From an uncultured archaeon (GTDB taxonomy: Archaea > Asgardarchaeota > Thorarchaeia > Thorarchaeales > Thorarchaeaceae): 32,000 nucleotides of DNA. The stretch is from contig CAYHAA010000002.1 of the NCBI GenBank assembly GCA_964354495.1, positions 150,001 to 182,000 on the forward strand. Reading direction: 5' to 3'. The translations under genes and the position numbers were made by a program. A model generated the notes under the pieces. That model saw only the letters and a list, made by a program, of their open reading frames with translations, was not told where the DNA came from and ran no database searches. Of this stretch, positions 18,577 through 26,485 are shown one piece after another; position 1 is the stretch's first letter, and every line of letters starts with the position of its first letter.

Positions 18577-19854
18577 TTGGTCAAAGAGATCATTGTGCTG
18601 CAAGAAGGAGGGATACTTCTCTTCCACTATAGCATCGGTGGCACGAAGAAGCTGGATGAACTGGTTGCAGCATTCCTATCCGCAGTCGATTCGTTGGCGC
18701 AGCAGGTAGGACGAGATAGAATCACAACGATTTCGTTTGCTGCCAATAAGCTAGTCTGGGAAAAAAAAGGTAACCTGTTCTTCATTGCAATGATTTCTGA
18801 GGAGAGCACCAATGAGATATTTAGAATCATACTTAGAGACCTCGCTGAGCAATTCGTAAGCATGTATTACGGGGACTTGATGAACGAATTCTTTGACTTG
18901 GGGAGATTCAAGTCATTCACAGATGTTGTGGAAACGACACTCCACAAATTCGACGGTATTCCCGGCTTGGCAAGGCGGTATAAGACGATCCTGCTACCAT
19001 CTGAAGAGCTGAATGTCTTGGCAAAAAAGCTTGTTGAAGTAGAAATCAGCCGAAATATCCTTCGAGGATGTCTTATCACTTCAGATGGGTACATTGCTCT
19101 ATCGCATCTTCGCGCCTATGAAATCGAGATAGTTCTGGACCTTATGCCCATTCTGCTTCGAGATGTTGAAATCAGGGAGCATGCGAGTCTCGAAAAACCA
19201 ACAGCTCTTCTTCTCATCAGGACTCGTAACAAGGGCATCGCCGCATTCATCGTAAGAATTGGATTATCTGAGGAGTCGTACTATGAATTGGTGACACCAT
19301 TCATAGCCTATGCTTCAGAGGCTGATTTTGAAAGCGCAAGGAAACTGGAGCCTGAGAGGATAGAAAGTCAGATTTCATTCTACGATTTTGATAGAGTCAA
19401 GCCCATTGCCAGTATCGACAGCATTGAGGACGAACTGAGTTCGCTGCTTGGCTCAGCCTCTGAAAACAGCCGTTCAGGCGCAATCAAACTGAGAGAAACG
19501 CTTCCAGAAACGCCACTAGTGGCTGAGATCGAGCAGATTCTGGATCTACCTAAGAATCAATTAGACGAATTGCTAGCCAATCTAATAGCTAGAAACATGA
19601 TCAGAATAATGAAGGTGTTTCCAACTCTCGACGAGCGTGATGAGAGGTTCTCAGTGTTTCTGGAGGTCATCGGGATTAAGAAGAAAGACTTCGATGTCGT
19701 TAACACTATCTGGAAGTATTGCGATGGTAGTCTTTCAATACAGGAAATCTCAGAAAGAACAAGCATTCCTGCGCCTAGGATTATGGAAGTCCTGCGCGCA
19801 CTTGGAAACAATGTTACTTGGTCCAACGATCGGAGGTTAGTTCATGTCAGGTAA
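18577..19854 (+). CDS. Longin + roadblock-like + tandem winged-helix protein B, paralog of 17599..18501
   Basis: Longin IIVLQEGGILLFHY...LVAAFLSAVDSLAQQV...LRDLAEQFVSMY. Central ILRGCLITSDGYIALSHL is a roadblock-like pattern. The C-terminus ERFSVFLEVIGIKKKDFDVVNTIWKYCDGSLSIQEISERT aligns by eye with protein A ARFEAYLDIVGLPSKDYQLLERAKNLCNGERTLGEVSERL. Confidence 0.75.
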   Translation: MVKEIIVLQEGGILLFHYSIGGTKKLDELVAAFLSAVDSLAQQVGRDRITTISFAANKLVWEKKGNLFFIAMISEESTNEIFRIILRDLAEQFVSMYYGDLMNEFFDLGRFKSFTDVVETTLHKFDGIPGLARRYKTILLPSEELNVLAKKLVEVEISRNILRGCLITSDGYIALSHLRAYEIEIVLDLMPILLRDVEIREHASLEKPTALLLIRTRNKGIAAFIVRIGLSEESYYELVTPFIAYASEADFESARKLEPERIESQISFYDFDRVKPIASIDSIEDELSSLLGSASENSRSGAIKLRETLPETPLVAEIEQILDLPKNQLDELLANLIARNMIRIMKVFPTLDERDERFSVFLEVIGIKKKDFDVVNTIWKYCDGSLSIQEISERTSIPAPRIMEVLRALGNNVTWSNDRRLVHVR

Positions 19855-20596
19855 AATCATATCAATACATAGTTTTCGTGGAGGAACAGGAAAGTCGAAC
19901 ATTGCTGCAAATCTTGCAGCACATGCTGCGTTGCAGGGAAAAAGAGTAGCAGTCATGGACACTGACATGGCATCACCAGGCATCCATGTCATATTTGGCC
20001 TGGGCCGGGAGAAATTGAAGTATACGCTCAACGACTATCTAAGGGGTTCATGTGATATCACCGATGCTTGTATCGATTTGACAGACCGTTTGGGTATCAA
20101 GAGAGGAAAGCTCTTCCTTATTCCGAGCTCCATGACTGCCACGGATATCACTCGAATTCTGAGAGAAGGCTATGAAGTGGGAGACCTCAAGAAGGGCTTC
20201 ACTGACGTGATTAAGGCAAAAGATCTTGACTACCTCATTATTGACACGCACCCGGGGTTAGACAGAGAGACTCTACTATCGATGGCAATAGCACACTACC
20301 TGTTTGTCGTAGCGAGAATAGATGAACAAGACCTCTTAGGAACAGCCGCCACATTGAGCGTTGCAAGAAAACTTCAGGTCCCTGAAATACGAATCATCAT
20401 CAACAAAAAACCCGGAATCTATGAGGACAAGGCGATTATTTCTGAAGTTGAAACAAAATTCAAGGCACGAGTTGCCACAATCATTCCACTTCTTCCATTA
20501 TTGATAGAAGTCGGTAGTCGCTTCGTGGTCATCTTGAGATATCCGGAAAACGAATTCGCAAAGAACATTGATGACATCTACAGAATAATCCTGTAG
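19844..20596 (+). CDS. MinD/ParA-family (SIMIBI) P-loop NTPase with atypical Walker A
   Basis: HSFRGGTGKSN, VMDTDMASPG and YLIIDTHPG. The start overlaps the upstream gene by 11 nt. No obvious MinD C-terminal membrane-targeting extension. Confidence 0.9.
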   Translation: MSGKIISIHSFRGGTGKSNIAANLAAHAALQGKRVAVMDTDMASPGIHVIFGLGREKLKYTLNDYLRGSCDITDACIDLTDRLGIKRGKLFLIPSSMTATDITRILREGYEVGDLKKGFTDVIKAKDLDYLIIDTHPGLDRETLLSMAIAHYLFVVARIDEQDLLGTAATLSVARKLQVPEIRIIINKKPGIYEDKAIISEVETKFKARVATIIPLLPLLIEVGSRFVVILRYPENEFAKNIDDIYRIIL

Positions 20597-20600
20597 ATCA

Positions 20601-20717
20601 TTAGCCAAACAATCGAGGCGCCTGTATGATGATCACAGCAAGGACTAGAATTATGAAGCAAATTAGGAGAAGGAAAAAGAGGACGGAATCAGACTTTGAT
20701 TGAGGCTCGTATGTCAT
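20601..20717 (-). CDS. Small single-pass membrane protein (38 aa), not in ORF track
   Basis: Translates to MTYEPQSKSDSVLFFLLLICFIILVLAVIIIQAPRLFG. It fills the gap between the MinD-like gene and AOR and stops 4 nt from the convergent MinD-like stop. Confidence 0.6.
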   Translation of the reverse strand: MTYEPQSKSDSVLFFLLLICFIILVLAVIIIQAPRLFG

Positions 20718-20740
20718 CGCTATCAAGTATGTGGACAATC

Positions 20741-20750
20741 GAGTTAACTC
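20741..20750. promoter_or_regulatory. Perfect 10-bp palindrome GAGTTAACTC at the TATA position of the small membrane-protein gene
   Basis: Lies 24-33 nt upstream of ATG 20717, the spacing expected for a leaderless archaeal transcript. Flanked by GTGGAC (20731-20736) and GTCCAC (20760-20765). Confidence 0.35.
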
Positions 20751-20815
20751 TTATGTTGGGTCCACTATCGCAACATGGTTCTGAAGAGGAGCGAAAGTAA
20801 GCCTGTCTTAGGAAA

Positions 20816-20834
20816 GACTTCAGGGTGCGGTTTT
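20816..20834. repeat. 19-nt intergenic motif, copy 2 (GACTTCAGGGTGCGGTTTT)
   Basis: Matches 14737-14755 at 18 of 19 positions. It overlaps a small hairpin GTCTT-AGGA-AAGAC (20805-20818). Confidence 0.6.
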
Positions 20835-20846
20835 TCTAGGTCGTTC

Positions 20847-22664
20847 CTAGACTATAGAAGATAGTCCTAGCGCTTCTACTGTTTCCTTCGTTGGGACTCC
20901 TTTATTGTTCCAGCCCCGCAGCGCATAGTACTTGTCCAAACATTCCTCAAAATCGTTCTGGCTAATGTACGCCTTCATACCCTTCGAAGGACCTATGGTT
21001 TCCTCCTGCCAGAACTTGGAAGGAAGGATATCATCAGCTCTGGAGATACCTTCGCGTATATTGAACAAGCGTATGAGGGCTTCTACTCTCTGACCAAATC
21101 GAGATACGCTCTCATCAGTGTATTTCAATCCAGTTGCACCATTCACCAGTCTGATCTTCTGTTCCCTAGGCATTGGAAAGTGCCAGGTGAAGTGGCACAC
21201 AATCATGGAGTCTGTGAAGGCCTTTGTATCTCTCTCACAGACCATGGACTCTACTACATCTAGGGCTGAGGAATTGGGCTTTTCGGCGGTCTGCGGCCAA
21301 CCTCGTAGATGGCTAGCTCCTACGTCGCCTGTTGCATATGTGAGACCAAAACCCTTCTTACCTCGAGGGTCCCAGGCGGCTGCTTCAAGCCCCTTTACAT
21401 GCACAGCAAGGTCTGCACTTCCGCGTCCGATGTCCTCTGCAGCTTTTCGGGTCCCCTTGGCAAGGATTCGGCCAAAACCTTCCCTAGATGCCATCATCCT
21501 CATGAGTCGGAGTGCAGCAGCACCATCTCCAAAACGCAAGGGAAATCCGATATCATCTTCACTAAGCATACCTGTTTCAAATGCATCCATCGCGAAGCCA
21601 ATTGCAGAACCAGCACTGATAGTATCAAGTCCGAGATCATCTGCAAGGAAGTTGAGTTGGAGGACTGCCCGGAAATCATTGATGCCCAGACTACCTCCAC
21701 ACAATCCCAAGGTTTCGTACTCAACCGTAGATTCGACAACGACGCCGGGATTGCTTGGATCTTCAGTCTTGTAGGCATGGGTACAACGCATAATACAATG
21801 CGGGCAAGAGAGATGTGCTCCAGCGGCCAACTCAGGGTAGTTCTCTGGCATGAGTAGCCTGTAGTCTTCAAAGTAGCTATTTCTCCAGTTTCTTGTTGGA
21901 AACTGCCCTCGTTCATTCGCTACTTCAACAAGAGAACCAGTGCCGTAGTACTTGAACTCGTCATTGGTCTTTTCCTTCCAGATTGCCGCGACCGATTGGT
22001 TTACTTCACGTAGAACGCTTGGGTCGTGAACTACCATTTTGTTCGTACCTCTTGCGGCAATGCCCTTGAGATTCTTGGAACCAAGAACTGCGCCGACTCC
22101 GCCTCGTCCGGTCTGATGAGCAAGTTCGCAGCAACCCGTTGCAGTGAGTACCATGTTCTCACCTGCAGGTCCAATCACATAGACAGCAGATCCCTTTGCT
22201 GTGGATTCATGCATTAGTTTCGTGGCTTTTTGAGTTCCTTTGCCCCAAAGACCCTGAGCATCATTGCACTGAACAACGTCGTCTTCAATGCTCAACCAAA
22301 CAGGTGTGTCCGATTTGCCATTCACCGCAAGTGCATCATAGCCAGAGTTCTTGATTTCGCGGCCGAGAGCTCCACCACAGTGAGAATCAATGAAGAGCCC
22401 TGTTAGTGGCGATTTTGTGATGAGAGACCACCTACCCACATTGGGAGCAGGCAGTCCTTGAAGTGGGCCTGTCATGAAGAGCAACACATTCTTGGGTCCC
22501 AATGGGTCGATGCCTGCGGGAAGCTCACGATACAGCAAGTAAGCACCAAGCCCCTTTCCTCCGATGAAGTCTTCATACGACTTCAATGGCAACTTCTCAA
22601 CCCTAGTCGTTCTTTCAGTCAAGTCGACCCAGAGTACCTTCCCATTCCAGCCTTTGTACTTCAT
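20847..22664 (-). CDS. aor: Tungsten-dependent aldehyde:ferredoxin oxidoreductase family protein
   Basis: KSPLTG.FIDSHCGG, GPAGEN, GRGGVGAVLGSKNLKGI, cluster cysteines CPHCIMRC, EYETL, DDLGLDTISAG, GASHLRG and YYALRGW. I prefer ATG 22664 (GAGGT 7 nt upstream); GTG 22703, overlapping the upstream stop, is possible. Confidence 0.95.
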   Translation of the reverse strand: MKYKGWNGKVLWVDLTERTTRVEKLPLKSYEDFIGGKGLGAYLLYRELPAGIDPLGPKNVLLFMTGPLQGLPAPNVGRWSLITKSPLTGLFIDSHCGGALGREIKNSGYDALAVNGKSDTPVWLSIEDDVVQCNDAQGLWGKGTQKATKLMHESTAKGSAVYVIGPAGENMVLTATGCCELAHQTGRGGVGAVLGSKNLKGIAARGTNKMVVHDPSVLREVNQSVAAIWKEKTNDEFKYYGTGSLVEVANERGQFPTRNWRNSYFEDYRLLMPENYPELAAGAHLSCPHCIMRCTHAYKTEDPSNPGVVVESTVEYETLGLCGGSLGINDFRAVLQLNFLADDLGLDTISAGSAIGFAMDAFETGMLSEDDIGFPLRFGDGAAALRLMRMMASREGFGRILAKGTRKAAEDIGRGSADLAVHVKGLEAAAWDPRGKKGFGLTYATGDVGASHLRGWPQTAEKPNSSALDVVESMVCERDTKAFTDSMIVCHFTWHFPMPREQKIRLVNGATGLKYTDESVSRFGQRVEALIRLFNIREGISRADDILPSKFWQEETIGPSKGMKAYISQNDFEECLDKYYALRGWNNKGVPTKETVEALGLSSIV

Positions 22665-22699
22665 CCTCGAAACCTCGAATTGCGCACCAGAGTATCTAT

Positions 22700-22849
22700 T
22701 CACTCAATCTCTATCTTTGAGATTGTATCGATATAAACATCCCGAAGATTGCTGAGTATAGCCATCATGACATCATTGACCAAATTTGCTACAAAGTCAT
22801 TCATAGAGAGTTTCTTACCCTTGACGTAAACTTCAATATTCTCAACCAT
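22700..22849 (-). CDS. Small 49-aa protein upstream of AOR, resembling the C-terminal extension of some MobB proteins; not in ORF track
   Basis: Translates to MVENIEVYVKGKKLSMNDFVANLVNDVMMAILSNLRDVYIDTISKIEIE. RBS GGTGA lies 6 nt upstream of ATG 22849, and it is co-oriented with AOR. Confidence 0.75.
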   Translation of the reverse strand: MVENIEVYVKGKKLSMNDFVANLVNDVMMAILSNLRDVYIDTISKIEIE

Positions 22850-23002
22850 GGCAATTCACCAAAATTCTATTGTAGACTGCATTGAATTGCCTTCTGCTAT
22901 TATGCTTTTCCAGCAGGCCACGCGTTGTCCATAACGGTTTTATACCACACATCTCAGTTTCTTGCGCCTGATGGTAACTATCACCATGAGAGGAATTACG
23001 AA

Positions 23003-24979
23003 ATGGCCCGTCTGAGTTCTGCATTGTCTGCTATTGGGAGAAAGAAGACGGAAGGAGAGCCAGCTGATGTCGTTGGCCGGCTTGCTGGTGTTGGCAATGT
23101 TTTCGGCATCATCGCTGCTGCTGTTGGTCTTTTGGCTGGAGTTTCTCTTATTCCGCTTACTGCTACTACTTGGGAAGTTACCTCCACAGCGCCATTTCAA
23201 TGGATTGTTGGGGGTAATGCCATGTATCCAACATTGACAACTGCTTTCATGGGATTGCTAGCCATTGGATTGCTGCTTCAGGCTCTTGGCTCTAGGGACT
23301 TGCGGGCGCGCCTTGGTACCATTTTCGGATCAGTTCTTTATATCGCTTTCATTCTTGCCTGTTTCATCGCAGTCTATGCTCTTCTCGGATTCCGCAATGT
23401 AACCTATGCAGGACTAATAGAAGGATATCTTCAGATAATGTATCTGTTTGGATCCATCTTCGTCATTGCATGGCAGATGGTATCCGTCCTCTATGTCGAT
23501 TCGAGTAAGACTTGGGTAGGCTTCGCTGCAGGGATGCTTAACGGTATGTTCATTCCAGTACTTGCACTTGGACAGGTGTTTGGCCCCTTGCTTACATATG
23601 GTGCCTATGGCATCCTACTCGTCGGTCAGCTAGTGTCAGTGTCATTCTGGTGGGCATCTTACTCAACCATAAGGGAATTTGCGAGAAGTCCCAATAAAGC
23701 GAAATTCGCCTTTGGACTGAGTGGGCTTTTAACATTCTTAATTGGCTCGGCGGCTGTATTCATTGGTCCATTAGCAGAACACCCTTCAGGGGGATTGATA
23801 TGGCGTCCGTGGAGCACAACAGCACCTTACAACACATCGCTCTATAGTTCTCCGATTGAATATATTACGAACCCAGCACTGGTTTTCGGTTTTCTTGCAG
23901 CAATGGTATTTTGGCTTACACTCTCCCCGAGGCTTGGCGCAAGGGAATTGAAGACTACAACGATAGGCGATGACATCATCAAGGGAGGAAGCAAATGGCT
24001 TGCTATCTTCTTGGCAATGATTGGTGTTTTTGCTTGTGGCCAAGCAGGCACGTTTTCGGAAGGTGTGGGTTCATGGGCATTCTTCATTGTCATCGGTCCT
24101 GCAGGTGCAATGATTCTCATTGGGGCACTTTACACAGCCAAGACGGACATAATAACAGGGTTTCCGCTTATAATTGCGGGAGCCCTTACAATGGTCAGTC
24201 CATTTTCACTGGGAGTTCTTGTCACCGTTGCATGGGCTATGGTCATCCTAACACAGCTGTTCCTGATGATTGAGAGCCTTGTACGTGGGCTGACTGGATT
24301 CAGTCAAGGAGCTCTCTCAGTTGTAATGAGTCTAATAGCATCGTTGGCAATCATCGTCTTCATTCTCGGGGGATTGGGTAGCGGACCACTAGCTCTCTGG
24401 CCAACCAACAGGTGGTTCAACATTTCTCTAATACCTGGAATCTCTCCCTATGTTCAGTCATCTGTAATCATCATTCTGCCTTTTCTTATGCTGCTTCTCA
24501 GGAATGCTGCACTCACAGGGTTCGCACATGGCAGAGGATACACAACAGGGGGCATTTTGATGGGCGTCACAGCACTGTCTGCGCTAATGATCCCCGTGAT
24601 TGCAGGAAATGTCACAGTGACACATGAAGCCAATACCGGAGCTGCATTGATGCTCGCACTCTATTCAGTAAGCGTGATGTTGATCATGTCCCTGAACTTG
24701 AACTTGGCAAATGACGTACAAGAACGAGGCCATTCTTTCGAAGGAACATTCATCAAAGTCGCCACTATGGCGCAGGTAATCCTTGCAGCAGTTGTGTTAA
24801 TACTGGTGCTACTCTATTTCAGCGGTCACCCGACACCAGAGGATATTGCACTTGTGATATCGATTTTCGTGACCTTCGTGGTGGGCACTGAGATTCTTTC
24901 AATAATCGGATGGCTAATCGCTGGCATCAGGCTGGGCCTCCTAAGAGAGGGTTTCAGATTCCAAAGAATCGAAGCATGA
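23003..24979 (+). CDS. Large polytopic membrane protein of unknown function (roughly 18-20 TM segments by eye)
   Basis: Almost entirely hydrophobic helices with short loops. ATG 23003 has GAGAGG upstream (the ORF track starts at 22925). No recognisable transporter motif. Confidence 0.75.
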   Translation: MARLSSALSAIGRKKTEGEPADVVGRLAGVGNVFGIIAAAVGLLAGVSLIPLTATTWEVTSTAPFQWIVGGNAMYPTLTTAFMGLLAIGLLLQALGSRDLRARLGTIFGSVLYIAFILACFIAVYALLGFRNVTYAGLIEGYLQIMYLFGSIFVIAWQMVSVLYVDSSKTWVGFAAGMLNGMFIPVLALGQVFGPLLTYGAYGILLVGQLVSVSFWWASYSTIREFARSPNKAKFAFGLSGLLTFLIGSAAVFIGPLAEHPSGGLIWRPWSTTAPYNTSLYSSPIEYITNPALVFGFLAAMVFWLTLSPRLGARELKTTTIGDDIIKGGSKWLAIFLAMIGVFACGQAGTFSEGVGSWAFFIVIGPAGAMILIGALYTAKTDIITGFPLIIAGALTMVSPFSLGVLVTVAWAMVILTQLFLMIESLVRGLTGFSQGALSVVMSLIASLAIIVFILGGLGSGPLALWPTNRWFNISLIPGISPYVQSSVIIILPFLMLLLRNAALTGFAHGRGYTTGGILMGVTALSALMIPVIAGNVTVTHEANTGAALMLALYSVSVMLIMSLNLNLANDVQERGHSFEGTFIKVATMAQVILAAVVLILVLLYFSGHPTPEDIALVISIFVTFVVGTEILSIIGWLIAGIRLGLLREGFRFQRIEA

Positions 24980-25009
24980 GAAACCCATATTCCTAAGGGG
25001 TAATCGATT

Positions 25010-25765
25010 ATGGTTCTTCAGGTGGCGGGCGTCGAAACAAGGCCCCGGGGAGCCTCTGTGGCTTTCTTGCTAGTGCACGGATTCTGTGCGGCACCGGATG
25101 AGCTTAGAACACTCGCTCAGTTTCTTGAGATTCAAAACATTGCTTCCTTCGCAGTTCAGATTGCGGGTCATGGTACCACTCCTGATGATTTGAAGAGAAC
25201 CACTTGGCTCGATTGGTATAACTCAGTCAGGGATGGATTCAGCCTTGTGAAATCATGGAATCCAACTCGTCTTCTAGTGGCAGGTTTCTCAATGGGAGGC
25301 GCATTGTCAGTACTGCTTGCCTCTCAGGTGAGCGGTGTTGACGGGCTTGTCCTTCTGGCTCCAGCTCTAAAGATCGAGGGAGTGCTTCCCAAGTTCGTTC
25401 CAATTCTCAAGCATTTCGTGGGCGACCGAGAAGTTGACATCGTCAGGGCACAGGAACCGTATGAGATTAAGAGAACCAAATACTCACGAGAACCGGTTTC
25501 TGCTTACCACGAGCTGTTCAAACTACAGAAGAAAGCTCGCCAGAATCTCAGAAGAATCACTATTCCTACCATCATCATTCAGGGAACAAATGATAGGACG
25601 ATAAATCCTCGAAATGGAGAGACTGTGTATAACGGTATAAAGTCCCAAGAGAAGAAACTGTACATGATAGAGGGTGCGGAGCACGTCATTCCATGTCATT
25701 GGACTAGAGCAAAAGCATACCCCTTGATTCAGAAGTTCGTTGAGGAGATCATGACGAAGGCTTAG
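25010..25765 (+). CDS. Alpha/beta hydrolase (carboxylesterase / monoacylglycerol lipase-like)
   Basis: LLVHGF, GHGT, nucleophile elbow GFSMGG, acid in IIQGTNDRTI, catalytic His in GAEHVI. Confidence 0.92.
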   Translation: MVLQVAGVETRPRGASVAFLLVHGFCAAPDELRTLAQFLEIQNIASFAVQIAGHGTTPDDLKRTTWLDWYNSVRDGFSLVKSWNPTRLLVAGFSMGGALSVLLASQVSGVDGLVLLAPALKIEGVLPKFVPILKHFVGDREVDIVRAQEPYEIKRTKYSREPVSAYHELFKLQKKARQNLRRITIPTIIIQGTNDRTINPRNGETVYNGIKSQEKKLYMIEGAEHVIPCHWTRAKAYPLIQKFVEEIMTKA

Positions 25766-26460
25766 GTTGAGAATTCACTCAGTACATCCAGTCCAACATT
25801 CGGGAAATCAGTAATTATGCCATCAACCCCAAGTCGAAGAAGTTCAAACATTCTTGATGCATCATTCACAGTCCATGGATAGATTCTCAGTGATTTCCTA
25901 TGAGCTTCTTCCACCAAATCATGTGTGACTAATGAATGAAGGGGATTCAACGCATCTGCGCCAAGGTCTACAACGTAGGAGACTAACCCTTCTTTTGATT
26001 CTGCAATCAAGGCACTAGTAGGAACATTCGGGTTGAGCTCCTTCATGGCAAGAATAGACCCATGGTAGAAGGAGGACACAATAATGCTATCAAGCATACT
26101 TCTGTCGGTCACCAAATCAAGGACTTTTTTCTCTACACCCAGGGCTTTCAACTCAATATTGACACTCATACGGCCACGAGCCAGATCAAGAACTTCGCTG
26201 AGGAGGGGGACTCTCTCGCCTAGGCCAGCATCAAGCCCCCGGATTTCGCGCAGAGTCATCTCCGCCACAATCCCAGAACCATCTGTTGCCCGATCTACAG
26301 AACTGTCGTGTATGCATACCAGATGGCCATCGATAGTCTCATGGATATCTAGCTCAATCATCGGTACTCCTAGATCCAGAGCTGTGCGATATGATAGCAT
26401 TGTGTTTTCTGGAGCTAGTCCTGCGGCACCTCGGTGTCCAATTATCAAGCATTCCTGCAA
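25762..26460 (-). CDS. Glycerophosphodiester phosphodiesterase (GDPD/GlpQ-UgpQ family)
   Basis: IIGHRGAAGLAPENT, IELDIH, VCIHD, NIELK, IYPWTVND and GVDGIITDFP. I prefer TTG 26460 because the longer ORF overlaps the upstream gene. Confidence 0.92.
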   Translation of the reverse strand: MQECLIIGHRGAAGLAPENTMLSYRTALDLGVPMIELDIHETIDGHLVCIHDSSVDRATDGSGIVAEMTLREIRGLDAGLGERVPLLSEVLDLARGRMSVNIELKALGVEKKVLDLVTDRSMLDSIIVSSFYHGSILAMKELNPNVPTSALIAESKEGLVSYVVDLGADALNPLHSLVTHDLVEEAHRKSLRIYPWTVNDASRMFELLRLGVDGIITDFPNVGLDVLSEFST

Positions 26461-26485
26461 TACCTGTGACCCCTGTGAACTTGTA

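Noticed and set aside
17599-19854. ESCRT-II (Vps22/Vps36/Vps25) assignment for the tandem winged helices
   Set aside because: No ESCRT-III, Vps4 or ubiquitin genes are nearby, and the xIDG/xCxG-type wHTH motifs fit NPRL2-like repeats better by eye. This is not excluded without a profile search.
20626-20703. 25-aa basic peptide MMITARTRIMKQIRRRKKRTESDFD on the plus strand
   Set aside because: It is the antisense shadow of the hydrophobic microprotein (T-rich codons give A-rich Lys/Arg codons), and it does not match ribosomal L41e.
20597-20846. Possible SRP RNA, RNase P RNA or other ncRNA in the gap after the MinD-like gene
   Set aside because: There are no long GC-rich helices or conserved SRP/RNase P motifs, and the gap is better explained by the small ORF and its promoter.
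11762-22703. Selenocysteine recoding in the FrhB-like protein or AOR
   Set aside because: Both ORFs are complete without in-frame TGA, and I see no convincing SECIS.
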